Shown piece after piece: positions 51,668 through 62,391 of a DNA stretch of 64,000 bases. This DNA comes from Halarcobacter sp. (GTDB taxonomy: Bacteria > Campylobacterota > Campylobacteria > Campylobacterales > Arcobacteraceae), in assembly GCA_048571215.1 (NCBI GenBank), contig CP182352.1:864001-928000 (forward strand). Reading direction: 5' to 3'. The notes beneath the pieces are model-generated. The model saw only the letters and a list, made by a program, of their open reading frames with translations. It made no database searches and had not been told where the DNA came from. The translations under genes were made by a program, and so were the position numbers. Numbering within the stretch: the stretch's first letter is position 1; every line of letters starts with the position of its first letter.

Positions 51668-52276
51668 ATGAAAAGAATTATAAAAGTTTTATTTTTCGCT
51701 TTTATTATAAAGCCTATTGTTTTTATTATTTTAGGCTTAAATATAAGAAATAGAGATGCGCTTCCTAAAAAAGGTGGTGCTGTAATAGCTGCAAATCACA
51801 ATAGTCATTTGGATACGATGGTTATTATGAGTTTATACCCTTTATCTTTAATACATAAAATTAGGCCAGTTGCTGCTGCTGATTATTTTATGAAAAATAA
51901 ATTTATAGCATGGATTTCAATTTATTGTATTGATATAATTCCACTAGATAGAAGTGGTGCTTCATCTCAAGATGAACTATTTAAATCTTGTCATAAGGCT
52001 TTAGATGATGGTGATATACTTATTTTATTTCCTGAAGGAAGCCGTGGAAAACCTGAGAAAATGAGTAGATTAAAGAAAGGACTTTTTTATCTTTTAAAAG
52101 ATAAAGAAAATATCCCAGTTACTCCTATTTACATGGAGGGTTTAGGAACTGCTTTACCAAAAGGTGAAGCCTTATTTGTCCCCTTTAATTGTAATGTTAA
52201 TATTGGAGATAGTATTACAATTTTTGATAATTCTAAGGAGCTAAATGGTAAGTTGATGGAATTTTTTAATAGTTAA
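51668..52276 (+). CDS. Lysophospholipid (PlsC-type) acyltransferase
   Basis: ANHNSHLD and FPEGSR. Confidence 0.9.
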   Translation: MKRIIKVLFFAFIIKPIVFIILGLNIRNRDALPKKGGAVIAANHNSHLDTMVIMSLYPLSLIHKIRPVAAADYFMKNKFIAWISIYCIDIIPLDRSGASSQDELFKSCHKALDDGDILILFPEGSRGKPEKMSRLKKGLFYLLKDKENIPVTPIYMEGLGTALPKGEALFVPFNCNVNIGDSITIFDNSKELNGKLMEFFNS

Positions 52277-52314
52277 ATAAAAAAGAAAGAATATATTTTA
52301 TAAGGAAACAATAA

Positions 52315-52667
52315 ATGGGAATTAAATCTAAAGTTGAGGCACAACAAAGAGTTGAACAAATCAATAATACGCACTAAAATAATTGGAAAGTGAACAGTTT
52401 AATAACTCTAGATTTTTTACAATTGATGCAAGAATTAATCCTAAAATACTTAGAAATAAATATAAAGATAAGACTAAATTTATTATTGCTAAAGGATTAA
52501 TTAGAGTAAACTATATTAACGAAAATGAGGAAATGAAAGTAAATAGTTATATTTCATTTTTAAGTATAAAAAATATTTATATACCTCTTGTGTATCTCAA
52601 ATTATTTGAAAATAACGATAAATATTTAGTAGACTTAAAATATGGAAAAATTTTGAACTATTTATAA
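52315..52667 (+). pseudogene. Deletion scar: short gene N-terminus fused to a DUF4824-like C-terminal remnant
   Basis: RBS plus MGIKSKVEAQQRVEQINNTH* (52315-52377), then SRFFTIDA...LRNKY.DKTKFIIAKGLIR...YGK. Family assignment is from memory. Confidence 0.5.
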
Positions 52668-52862
52668 CTTCTGTTAAGCAGATAGATGATAAGTAAATAA
52701 ATTATTAAAATACGGGAGAGTAAAATACCATTTTTCACAGCTTTTATTATCTTTTCTTTTTTTTCTTTCTCATTAAATTATTTTTATTTATTAAAGGAAT
52801 ATTAACATTTAAGTGGGTAACATCCTTTTTAACTAAACCATACTGTACAGTTATTTTAAGAA

Positions 52863-54179
52863 ATGAGAAAGATGAAAAAAGAAAATATTATTAATATAAA
52901 TTTAATTAAAAGGCTTTTTGTATTTATTGTGGGACTTTTTATTATGTCATTTGGAGTTTCATTTTCCGTTAAAGCAGATATAGGAGTATCGCCAATATCA
53001 TGTGTACCATATATTTATAGTGTATATTTTCCCTTAACTATTGGAGAGTTTACAATACTTTTAAATGTTTTATTTATGGGGATTCAAATAGCAATACTTC
53101 GTAAAGAATATAATCTTTTTCAATTGGTACAACTTCCTGCTATTATAGTATTTGGATATTGTATTGATGGTACAATGTTTTTAATAGAGAGTTTAATACC
53201 TTCAAACTATATAGAACAGTTAATCTTATGTTTAATCTCTTGTGCTGCCTTAGCATTTGGTATTTTACTTGTAGTTAAATCAAAACTTACATATCTTCCT
53301 TTGGAAGGCTTAGTAGTAGTTATATCTAAAACCTTTAAAAAAGAGTTTGGAAAAGTAAAAATATCTATGGATACCTTGATGGTAATATTAGGAGTTATCA
53401 GTTCTTTTGTTTTTTTAAATCATTTAGTTGGAATTAGAGAAGGTAGTATTATTGCTGCTTTATCTATAGGAGCAATGATAAAATATTTTAGTACAAATCT
53501 ACCTTTTATTGAAAATTGGCTTGCTGATGAAGTTACAAAAGAATCAGATGTTGAAGATATTAGTGATAAATATAACAATACTTTTGTGATTACTATCTCA
53601 AGAGAATACGGTAGTGGTGGACATGAAATAGGTAAATATATAGCAAAAGAGCTAGGGGTTGCTTTTTATGATAAAGAGTTAATTGATTTAACTTCACAGA
53701 AAACAGGTTATACCCATGAATATATTCAAGAAAATGAACAAAAACTTACAAACTCTTTATTATATGATTTATATGAACAGAACTTTAATTATGTAAATGA
53801 TGAGTTACCACCTAAAGATGTACTTTTTTTAATTCAAAGTAAGATTATAAGAGATATTTGTGAAAAAGAGTCTTGTGTTATTGTAGGACGTTGTGCTAAT
53901 TTTATTTTAAAAGATCATCCAAATTGCATAAATGTTTTTATCCATGCTAATAATGAATACAGAAAAGATAAAATAAATAAAATCTACAAAGCAAAATCAC
54001 CTTTTGGGGATAATGATTTAAAAGACTCTGATGAAAAAAGAGCAAATTATTGTATGCATTTTACAAAAAAGGATTGGAGAGATGCTACTAACTATCATAT
54101 AACACTTGATAGCTCTTTATATGGTTCAAAAGTAAGTGCAAAAAAAGTTATTGAATTTATAAAAGAAAGAAAAATCTAA
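52863..54179 (+). CDS. YczE/YyaS-type membrane domain fused to a cytidylate-kinase-like domain
   Basis: KADIGVSP and GIREGS in the membrane part; ITISREYGSGGHEIG, VIVGRCA and DEKRANY in the C-terminal part. Confidence 0.85.
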   Translation: MRKMKKENIININLIKRLFVFIVGLFIMSFGVSFSVKADIGVSPISCVPYIYSVYFPLTIGEFTILLNVLFMGIQIAILRKEYNLFQLVQLPAIIVFGYCIDGTMFLIESLIPSNYIEQLILCLISCAALAFGILLVVKSKLTYLPLEGLVVVISKTFKKEFGKVKISMDTLMVILGVISSFVFLNHLVGIREGSIIAALSIGAMIKYFSTNLPFIENWLADEVTKESDVEDISDKYNNTFVITISREYGSGGHEIGKYIAKELGVAFYDKELIDLTSQKTGYTHEYIQENEQKLTNSLLYDLYEQNFNYVNDELPPKDVLFLIQSKIIRDICEKESCVIVGRCANFILKDHPNCINVFIHANNEYRKDKINKIYKAKSPFGDNDLKDSDEKRANYCMHFTKKDWRDATNYHITLDSSLYGSKVSAKKVIEFIKERKI

Positions 54180-54228
54180 ACTTACATATTCAGAAAAATA
54201 TGAGAGTTTTCTAAGTATAATATTTCAT

Positions 54229-56748
54229 ATGACAAGTTTACCTATATATAGTGTTTTAGATGAAATAAAACAAACATTAAATCAAAATTCAAATCTTATA
54301 CTTCAAGCTCCTCCAGGAGCTGGAAAAAGTACAGTTGTTCCCATATCTTTATTAAAAGAATCTTGGCTTCATTCTGATGATAAATCTAAAATGATTATAA
54401 TGCTAGAACCCAGACGTGTAGCAGCTAGAATGGTAGCTCAACAAATGGCAAAACTACTTGGAGAAGAATTAGGTCAAAGTGTTGGTTATCAAGTTAAAAT
54501 GGAAAGTTGTTATTCAAAACAAACAAAACTTCTTGTTGTTACTGAGGCTATATTAGTTAGAAAACTACAAGCAGACCAAGCTTTAGAAAATGTTGCTATG
54601 ATTATCTTTGATGAGTTTCATGAAAGAAGTATTCATACTGATTTATCTTTGGCTTTATCTTTACAAGTACAAGAGTTGCTAAGGGATGATTTAAAACTTT
54701 TGATTATGTCTGCAACACTAAATTCTAAAGAGTTAAACACACTTTTAACTAATACTCCTGTTATAACTTCTCAAGGTAGAACTTTTGAAGTAGAAAACAT
54801 ATTTTTAGAACCAAATATAAAACAGCCTGATTATAAATCTATAAATACTATCCTTTTAAATACAGTTTTAAAATCTATAAAAGAGGATGAGGGTGATATT
54901 TTAGTTTTTTTAGCAGGTGCAAGAGAGATAAAAAAATTGCAAGAGTCCTTAGCTGAAGCTTTAAATGGTGAAGATATAGAACTTTTACCTTTATATTCAG
55001 CTTTGAGTAAAGAGCAACAAGATAAAGCAATAAATGGCTCAAACAAAAGAAAAGTAATCCTTTCAACAAATATAGCGCAAACCTCTTTAACCATAGAAGG
55101 AGTAAAAGTTGTAATTGATTCAGGACTTGAGAAACAATCTTCATATAACTATTCAAATGCAATGAATCATCTAAATCTTACTTTTATCTCCAAAGATAGT
55201 GCTGTACAAAGGGCAGGGCGTGCAGGAAGATTAAGCAAAGGAAAATGTTATAAACTGTGGCATAAAGGAAAGATTTTACAAGAATCAACAAAACCAGAAA
55301 TACTAAGAACAGATTTAAGTTCATTTTTCCTTGATTTAGCACTTTGGGGTGTAGAAGATATCAAGGAGTTGAAGTTTTTAGACTATCCTTTTAAAGAGGT
55401 AGAAAAAAGCACAAAAGTTATGTTGCAAGAACTAAAAATGTTAGATGAAAAATATGAGATTACAGTTTTTGGAAAAAAAGCTTTAACTTTAGGTGTTCAT
55501 CCAAGATTTGCTTATATGATATTAAAAGCAAATGAGTTAGGACTTGCATATGAAGCTTCACTTTTGGCTTCACTTTTAAGTGAGAAAGATATATTTAAAA
55601 ACTCATATTCAAATTGTGATATATATTCAAGATTTTTGCACCTTTATGAAAAAGATTTAGATACTTCTTTTATAAACAAATATACAGCAACAACAGTTTT
55701 AAAACAAGCACAATTTTTCTATTCAAAACTAAAGAGTATAGAAAAAATAAATAAAGCCAAAAACAATATTGATGAAGAAGTTTTAGCAGTATTACTTCTT
55801 TTTGCCTATCCAGATAGACTTGCTAAGCAAAGAGGGGTAAATGACAACAGATATAAACTAAGCAATGGTAAAGGCGCTATTTTAAACAGTGAAGATACAC
55901 TATTTAATGAAAGGTTTTTAGTAAGTGCTGTTTTAAATACCCATACAAAAGACTCATATATAAATCTTGCAATTAAAATATCACTAGATAGATTAGAAAA
56001 AGAGTTTAAAGATGATATAAAGATAAAAGAATCAATCACTTATAATAAAGAGAATAAAAAATTTGATATAAGGGAACATCATTGTTTTTATGAGCTTGAG
56101 TTGTATTCAGAACCAATTCCAAATGATGGAAAACATGATTTTAGTGCACTATTTTTAGATCTAATAAAACAAGAAGGGTTAGAGCTTTTAACTTGGAGTA
56201 AAAAAACAATTGATTTACAAAATAGGGTTAATTTTATAAACCAAAATACAAATATCAACTTACCAGATTTTAGTTCAAAGGGTTTATTAAATAATATAGA
56301 TAAATGGCTTAGTCCTTATCTAAATGATGTTAAAACTATAAAAGAGTTAGAAAATTTAGATATTTATACTATACTTATAAGTTATATTCCTTGGGATATG
56401 AGTCAAAAAATAGATACTCTTGCCCCAACACATATAAAGGTTCCAAGTGGTTCAAATATAAAGATTGATTATTCAAATACTCAAACACCTATATTGGCTG
56501 TAAAGATTCAAGAGATGTTTGGTTTAAGTAAAACACCAAAGATTTTAAATAATAGTATAGCTTTACAAATACATCTTTTAAGTCCAGCCTTAAGACCAAT
56601 ACAAATTACATATGATTTAAAAAGCTTTTGGGAAAACTCATATGATGAGGTGAAAAAAGAGCTTTTTTCTAAATATAAAAAACACTATTGGCCCGATAAT
56701 CCTTTTGAGGCACTAGCTACAAATAAAACTAAAAAAAATATGAAATAG
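54229..56748 (+). CDS. hrpB: ATP-dependent RNA helicase HrpB
   Basis: APPGAGKST, EPRRVAAR, DEFHER, MSATL, QRAGRAGR, LLSPALRP and YKKHYWP. Confidence 0.95.
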   Translation: MTSLPIYSVLDEIKQTLNQNSNLILQAPPGAGKSTVVPISLLKESWLHSDDKSKMIIMLEPRRVAARMVAQQMAKLLGEELGQSVGYQVKMESCYSKQTKLLVVTEAILVRKLQADQALENVAMIIFDEFHERSIHTDLSLALSLQVQELLRDDLKLLIMSATLNSKELNTLLTNTPVITSQGRTFEVENIFLEPNIKQPDYKSINTILLNTVLKSIKEDEGDILVFLAGAREIKKLQESLAEALNGEDIELLPLYSALSKEQQDKAINGSNKRKVILSTNIAQTSLTIEGVKVVIDSGLEKQSSYNYSNAMNHLNLTFISKDSAVQRAGRAGRLSKGKCYKLWHKGKILQESTKPEILRTDLSSFFLDLALWGVEDIKELKFLDYPFKEVEKSTKVMLQELKMLDEKYEITVFGKKALTLGVHPRFAYMILKANELGLAYEASLLASLLSEKDIFKNSYSNCDIYSRFLHLYEKDLDTSFINKYTATTVLKQAQFFYSKLKSIEKINKAKNNIDEEVLAVLLLFAYPDRLAKQRGVNDNRYKLSNGKGAILNSEDTLFNERFLVSAVLNTHTKDSYINLAIKISLDRLEKEFKDDIKIKESITYNKENKKFDIREHHCFYELELYSEPIPNDGKHDFSALFLDLIKQEGLELLTWSKKTIDLQNRVNFINQNTNINLPDFSSKGLLNNIDKWLSPYLNDVKTIKELENLDIYTILISYIPWDMSQKIDTLAPTHIKVPSGSNIKIDYSNTQTPILAVKIQEMFGLSKTPKILNNSIALQIHLLSPALRPIQITYDLKSFWENSYDEVKKELFSKYKKHYWPDNPFEALATNKTKKNMK

Positions 56749-56765
56749 ATAATTTAGGAGAAATT

Positions 56766-57722
56766 ATGAATAGAGTTTACATTACAGATAAGATAACTAA
56801 TCCAGATATAGAAAAAGAGGTTCTAGGAGATGAAATCTCACCTGAACTTCATGAAGATATTGAAGTATTATTAGTTTGGCACAAAAAAATTACAAATGAG
56901 TTTATAGATTCTTTACCAAATCTAAAGGCCTTGGTAAGATATGGCGTAGGTTATGATGTTTTCCAAGATTTGGAATATATCAAAGAAAAAGGGATTTTCG
57001 CTTCAAATACACCTGATTATGGTACAGAAGAAGTTAGTGATACGGCTATTGCAATGATTATGAACATTGCAAGGGGAATTACTAGATATGATTATCAATG
57101 TAGAGAGTATGAAGATGGCACTTGGCAAACTAATACTTTAAAATATATAAAAAGAAATAGTGACTATAAAGTTGGTGTTATAGGGGCTGGAAGAATAGGA
57201 GGAAGCGTAGTCTTAAAAGCAAATGCCCTTAGGTTTCAAACTTACTTTTACGACCCATACCTTTCAAGTGGTACAGAAAAAATGCTTGGAGCAAAAAGAG
57301 TTGATACTCTTGATGAGCTTTTAAAAACTTGTGATATCATCTCTATAAATTGCCCTTTAAATTCAGATACAAATGGTATGGTAAATGAAGAGTTTATCGC
57401 AAAAATGAAAAAAGGTGCCTCTTTGGTAAATACTGCCAGAGGTGCTATAGTAAAAGATTTAGATGTGTTTTATGAGCCTTTAAAAAGTGGTCATTTAAAC
57501 TGTGTAAATCTTGATGTACTTCCAAGTGAACCTCCAAAAGATGGGCAAATGATAGATGCATGGAGGGCAAAAGAAAAATGGTTAGATGGAAGATTTCTTA
57601 TAAATCCACACTCAGCTTTTTATAGTGATAAAGCATATTTTGAGATGAGACAAAAAGCGGCATTAAATGCAAAAAGAGTTTTAGATGGGTTAAAACCTAT
57701 AAATATTGTAAATGGTTTATAA
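56766..57722 (+). CDS. D-2-hydroxyacid dehydrogenase (CtBP-like)
   Basis: RYGVGYD, PDYGTEEV, GAGRIG, VNTARG, DV..SEP and PHSAFYS. Confidence 0.9.
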   Translation: MNRVYITDKITNPDIEKEVLGDEISPELHEDIEVLLVWHKKITNEFIDSLPNLKALVRYGVGYDVFQDLEYIKEKGIFASNTPDYGTEEVSDTAIAMIMNIARGITRYDYQCREYEDGTWQTNTLKYIKRNSDYKVGVIGAGRIGGSVVLKANALRFQTYFYDPYLSSGTEKMLGAKRVDTLDELLKTCDIISINCPLNSDTNGMVNEEFIAKMKKGASLVNTARGAIVKDLDVFYEPLKSGHLNCVNLDVLPSEPPKDGQMIDAWRAKEKWLDGRFLINPHSAFYSDKAYFEMRQKAALNAKRVLDGLKPINIVNGL

Positions 57723-57815
57723 TAGTATTAATAATTTTAAGTAATAAATATATAATTTTATTATTAGTTTAGAATATTTTATATATAATAATATATTTAT
57801 AATATAAAAGGAAAA

Positions 57816-58682
57816 TTGATGAGATTTTTTATAATACTTACTTTATTCTGTCTTGCAAGTTTTGCACAAACTGATTATCAAAAAAATTTGGAACAAGCTT
57901 ATAAAAATGCAGAATATGCATTGTATAGTGGTCCTCAGGATATAAAAATATTAGATCAGTCTACCTTGGCTCTCCCTTCTGGTTTTGGTTTTGTTCCTAA
58001 AAAGGAATCCTTAGAACTTTTAAAAGCTATGGGAAATACTCCAGGTGATGAAATTGAGGGGATTATCTTTCCATTAAAAAAAGATTCAAGTGGTTTTATA
58101 GTTGTAAGTTATATTGATTCAGGATATATAAAAGATGATGAAGCTAAACAGTGGGATGCAAATGAATTATTGACTAGTCTAAAAGAGGGTACTAAAGCTG
58201 GAAATTCACAAAGAATTAAAATGGGAGTACCTCCTATAGAAGTTCTTGGTTGGATAACTTCACCTCAATATAATGCACAAGAGCATAAATTAATATGGTC
58301 TGCAAAAGTACAAAATATAGGTTCAAATGACTCTAATTATGGAATAAATTATAATACATATATTTTGGGAAGAGAAGGTTATATTAGTATGAACTTTATA
58401 ACTGATTCTATACATATTGAAGCTGGAAAACCAATAGCCAAACAATTACTTTCAAAAATGAATTTTGATGATGGAAAAACATATTCTGATTTTAATGCTG
58501 ATACTGATAAAGTTGCTGAATATGGTCTTGCTGCCTTAATAGCAGGGGTAGCTGCAAAAAAATTAGGTTTATTAGCTGTGATTACAGCTTTCGCAATTAA
58601 ATTTTGGAAAGTAGCATTATTAGGTTTTGCTTTTTTATATAAACCAATACTAAATATATTTAAAAGAAAAAAAGAAAATTAG
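57816..58682 (+). CDS. DUF2167-family membrane-anchored protein
   Basis: GYIKDDEA..WDA, NYNTY.LGREG and G..Y.DFN..TDKVAEYGLAALI.G.AAKKLG. Confidence 0.85.
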   Translation: MMRFFIILTLFCLASFAQTDYQKNLEQAYKNAEYALYSGPQDIKILDQSTLALPSGFGFVPKKESLELLKAMGNTPGDEIEGIIFPLKKDSSGFIVVSYIDSGYIKDDEAKQWDANELLTSLKEGTKAGNSQRIKMGVPPIEVLGWITSPQYNAQEHKLIWSAKVQNIGSNDSNYGINYNTYILGREGYISMNFITDSIHIEAGKPIAKQLLSKMNFDDGKTYSDFNADTDKVAEYGLAALIAGVAAKKLGLLAVITAFAIKFWKVALLGFAFLYKPILNIFKRKKEN

Positions 58683-58687
58683 AAAAT

Positions 58688-59404
58688 ATGAAAACACTCT
58701 TACTCCTACTAAGTGCAGGAAAATTAGGAAAAGTTTTTATTACAGGTGGAACAATGGTTTTATCTATTTTTGCATATTCTTTTATTTTTGGAGTTTCTTA
58801 TGCTATAGGATTGGTTTTATTGATATTTATTCATGAAATGGGTCATTTTATTGCGGCTAAACAAAAAGGCTTAGATGTTGGTGTTCCTACATTTATACCT
58901 TTTGTAGGTGCATGGATTAATTTAAAAGAGCAACCAATGAATGTTGAAACCGAAGCATATGTTGGATTTGCAGGTCCTTTTATAGGAACATTAGGAACTT
59001 TGGTTTGTTATTTTTTAGCTAGAGAGTATGAAAGTAATCTTCTTTTGGCATTAGCTTATGCTGGTTTTTTTATTAATTTGTTTAACTTAATACCTATTTC
59101 TCCACTTGATGGAGGGAGAATTACTGCAATTCTTTCTCCAAGAATTTGGTTAGTTGGTATTCCAATTATTATTGGATTTTTTTATTATTATCCAAGTCCA
59201 CTTCTTATTATAATTGTAGTTTTGGCATTTCCTCAGATAATTAAAGCTTGGAAGTATAATCCAGATTTACCTGAAAATAAGAGTTATTATAATGTTACTA
59301 TGGAGAGCAAAGTGACATATTTTATTTATTATATGGGTTTAGTTATTTTTTTAGCATTAATGACCAATAATATTCATATTATGTTAAGTGGTATTCGAAG
59401 TTAA
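58688..59404 (+). CDS. Site-2 protease (M50) family protein
   Basis: IHEMGH, AGP and NLFNLIP..PLDGG. Confidence 0.92.
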   Translation: MKTLLLLLSAGKLGKVFITGGTMVLSIFAYSFIFGVSYAIGLVLLIFIHEMGHFIAAKQKGLDVGVPTFIPFVGAWINLKEQPMNVETEAYVGFAGPFIGTLGTLVCYFLAREYESNLLLALAYAGFFINLFNLIPISPLDGGRITAILSPRIWLVGIPIIIGFFYYYPSPLLIIIVVLAFPQIIKAWKYNPDLPENKSYYNVTMESKVTYFIYYMGLVIFLALMTNNIHIMLSGIRS

Positions 59405-59542
59405 ATCTTAAAATAAATATTAATTATAGTCATTTTTTTTCTTGGTAATAGTAAAATTATTATATATAAATTCGCTATTTATTCGCATTTAAAATCTTTT
59501 TTATAAATTTTAACTACAATTCTACGAACAAAAAGGTTATAG

Positions 59543-60418
59543 ATGTCAGAAAAATTAAAATCAATAGACAAGGGTGTATTATTTATGCTTTTAAGTGCTT
59601 TACTTGGAGCACTAAATGGAGCAACTGCAAAATTTCTATCTGAGAGTATGGATCCCTTTGAAATAGTATTCTATAGAAATTTATTAGGTTTTATTATTAT
59701 CCTAATTAGTTTAAGAAAATCCCATATATCTTTTGATACTTCAAAGATACATCTACTATTTCTAAGGGGGCTTTTTGGAGCATTGGCTATGGTATTGTTT
59801 TTTTATACCATTGCAACTATCCCTTTAGGGGAAGCTGTTGTTTTAAATAAAACATCACCATTTTTTGTAACTATTCTTGCCTATTATCTAATGAAAGAGA
59901 CAATTACTCTACGTACTTTTTTTGCTCTTATAATAGGATTTATTGGAATACTATTCATTATGAAACCTTTTGATGTAGAGGTATCCCTTGAACATTTTTT
60001 TGGAGTTTTAGGTGGTTTCTTTGCAGCAGCAGCTTATGCAACTATAAAAAAGATAAAAGATATTTATGATGCAAGGCTTATTATGCTTTCTTTTATGGGT
60101 GTAGGTATGGTTATACCTTTAATATTATTTTTATTTACACCTTATGCTAATTTTCAAATACATACTCAAATTTGGGTTTGGGTTTTAGTTGTTTTAATGG
60201 CTCTTGTTTCCACAACATCTCAATGGTTTCTTACCCGTGCATATAGCATTAGTAATGCAAGTATTATAGGAGTTGTAAGTTATACAAATATACCTTTTGC
60301 TGTAGGTTTTGGGGTACTTTTAGGGGATTTGTTGCCAGATTTTTATACACTTATTGGTATTATTTTAATTGTAATAGGTGGAATCTTAGTTACGAAAAAA
60401 TCATCGAAAAAAGGTTGA
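59543..60418 (+). CDS. DMT/EamA family transporter
   Basis: About ten TM segments; EIVFYR, LRGLFG and PLGEA..LNKTSP.F. Confidence 0.9.
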   Translation: MSEKLKSIDKGVLFMLLSALLGALNGATAKFLSESMDPFEIVFYRNLLGFIIILISLRKSHISFDTSKIHLLFLRGLFGALAMVLFFYTIATIPLGEAVVLNKTSPFFVTILAYYLMKETITLRTFFALIIGFIGILFIMKPFDVEVSLEHFFGVLGGFFAAAAYATIKKIKDIYDARLIMLSFMGVGMVIPLILFLFTPYANFQIHTQIWVWVLVVLMALVSTTSQWFLTRAYSISNASIIGVVSYTNIPFAVGFGVLLGDLLPDFYTLIGIILIVIGGILVTKKSSKKG

Positions 60419-60422
60419 TTTT

Positions 60423-61409
60423 ATGGAAAGCAGTGATGTTTTATATCAAAAAATTGCTGATGAATTTAATCTAGGTAAAATATCATTTATTGAAACTATT
60501 CAGATTTTATGGAGTGGTTATGGTAAGTTAGTACGTTTGAAATTTTCAAATAAAAGTATAATTGTAAAACATGTAAAACTTCCAAAAAAATCATCTCATC
60601 CAAGGGGATGGAATACTGACCTTTCACATAAAAGAAAACTTCATTCTTATGAAGTAGAGGTAAATTGGTATAGAAAGTTTAGTAAAAATATAGATAATAA
60701 TTGTCGTATTCCACAAGGTTTAAAATGTATTCAACATGAAAATGAATGGTTAATTGTTATGGAGGATTTAGCAAATATAGGTTTTACTTCTACCCCCTCC
60801 TATGCCTATAAAACACATCTTGAATCTTCCCTTTCTTGGTTAGCAAATTTTCATGCTAAATATATGAATGTAAAAACAGATATTATCTGGGAAATAGGTA
60901 CTTATTGGCATCTAGATACAAGACCTGATGAGTTTAAATTATTAGAAGATAAAGAGTTAAAATCTTTTGCAAAACCTATAGATATTATATTAAATACTAC
61001 AAAATTTCAAACAATAGTTCATGGCGATGCAAAGTTAGCTAATTTTTGTTTTAATTCAGATGGAACATCTTGTGCTGCTGTTGATTTTCAATATGTAGGT
61101 CATGGCTGTGGGATGAAAGATATTTCATATTTTATGAGTAGTACTATTGAACCAGAACTAAGTGAAAAAATGGAAGAATGGATTCTTGATACATATTTTG
61201 ATGCACTTGAAGTTGCATTAAAAAACTATCAACCAGATATTGATATTTTAGATGTAGAAGAGGAATGGAGACCTTTGTTTTGTGTTGCATGGGCTGATTT
61301 TCAAAGATTTTTAAAAGGTTGGAGTCCAAATCATTTTAAAATCAATGAGTATTCAGAAGAACTTACATCAAAAGCATTAGCTTATTTAAAATCTAAAGAA
61401 TCATATTAA
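60423..61409 (+). CDS. APH/choline-kinase-like phosphotransferase
   Basis: LWSGYG, MEDL, VHGDAKLANF and AVDFQYVG. Confidence 0.85.
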   Translation: MESSDVLYQKIADEFNLGKISFIETIQILWSGYGKLVRLKFSNKSIIVKHVKLPKKSSHPRGWNTDLSHKRKLHSYEVEVNWYRKFSKNIDNNCRIPQGLKCIQHENEWLIVMEDLANIGFTSTPSYAYKTHLESSLSWLANFHAKYMNVKTDIIWEIGTYWHLDTRPDEFKLLEDKELKSFAKPIDIILNTTKFQTIVHGDAKLANFCFNSDGTSCAAVDFQYVGHGCGMKDISYFMSSTIEPELSEKMEEWILDTYFDALEVALKNYQPDIDILDVEEEWRPLFCVAWADFQRFLKGWSPNHFKINEYSEELTSKALAYLKSKESY

Positions 61410-61430
61410 AATAATAAGATAAGAAAAATA

Positions 61431-61898
61431 ATGAAAATAAAAATACCAGGAAAAGAACCTTTTGAAATAAAAAGTATAGTGTTTGACTACAATGGCACAA
61501 TTGCAATTGATGGGAAATTAATAGAGGGTGTTTCAGAAAATATAAATGAACTATCAAATGAATTTAATTTTTATGTAATCACAGCAGATACTTATGGGAC
61601 AGTAGAAAAAGAGCTTGAAAATACAAAGTGTAAAGTTATAACTATTGGAAAAAAATCACAAGATATTTGTAAATTAGATTTTATAAAAGAGTTAGGTTCA
61701 AATACTACATTAAGTGTTGGAAATGGAAGAAATGATATGTTAATGCTAAAAGAATCTATTCTTGGAATTGCAATATTGCAAGATGAAGGTTTATGTAGTG
61801 AAACACTAATAAATTCAGATCTTTTAGTAAAATCAATTTTTGATATATTCTCTTTTTTAAAAGATTCAAATAGACTAATTGCAACAATTAGAAACTAA
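61431..61898 (+). CDS. HAD-family hydrolase (soluble P-type ATPase-like)
   Basis: FDYNGTIA, TADT and GNGRND. Confidence 0.85.
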   Translation: MKIKIPGKEPFEIKSIVFDYNGTIAIDGKLIEGVSENINELSNEFNFYVITADTYGTVEKELENTKCKVITIGKKSQDICKLDFIKELGSNTTLSVGNGRNDMLMLKESILGIAILQDEGLCSETLINSDLLVKSIFDIFSFLKDSNRLIATIRN

Positions 61899-62039
61899 TA
61901 ATATTTAACTAATAAAAGATTTATTTTAACTCCTTTAAGCATCTTTTTAAGATAATTAATATATAAATTTATTACGTCTTGAGTTAAGTGTTTTTGTGTT
62001 TTTAAACAAATATAGATTTCAAAAATAAAAGGATTGAAA

Positions 62040-62306
62040 ATGGCTGAAATTACTATGCCTGGTGGTTGGAGTAAGTATCATGAACTTACAGCTGAAGATA
62101 GAGCAGTATTTGATGAAGCGTTAGAAGGATTTAGTGGAGTTCACTATTCTCCTTTTTTAGTTTCTACTCAAATCGTTGCTGGTGAAAACTATAAATATAA
62201 GTGTGAAGCTTCAAAGCCTCCTGCTGAAGTTATGTGGGAAGCTATTCTTGAAATATTTAAACCTTTAGATGGTAAAGCTTATATTGTAAGTATTACAAAA
62301 ATTTAG
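62040..62306 (+). CDS. Small cystatin-like protein
   Basis: N-terminal PGGW and QIVAG.NY (QxVxG) motifs. Confidence 0.6.
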   Translation: MAEITMPGGWSKYHELTAEDRAVFDEALEGFSGVHYSPFLVSTQIVAGENYKYKCEASKPPAEVMWEAILEIFKPLDGKAYIVSITKI

Positions 62307-62391
62307 ATCTTTTAACTCTCCTCTTTTTTTGTAGCTTTACATTTTTAAATGGGGAGAGTTCTTTTATTTTTATATATTCTATTCTTTTATA

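Noticed and set aside
7142..61329. Numerous 60-127-aa antisense or alternative-frame ORFs inside long genes (e.g. 7142, 9974, 18264, 29970, 38502, 42335, 42947, 51216, 54875)
   Set aside because: Shadow ORFs fully overlapping motif-supported genes, with no motifs of their own.
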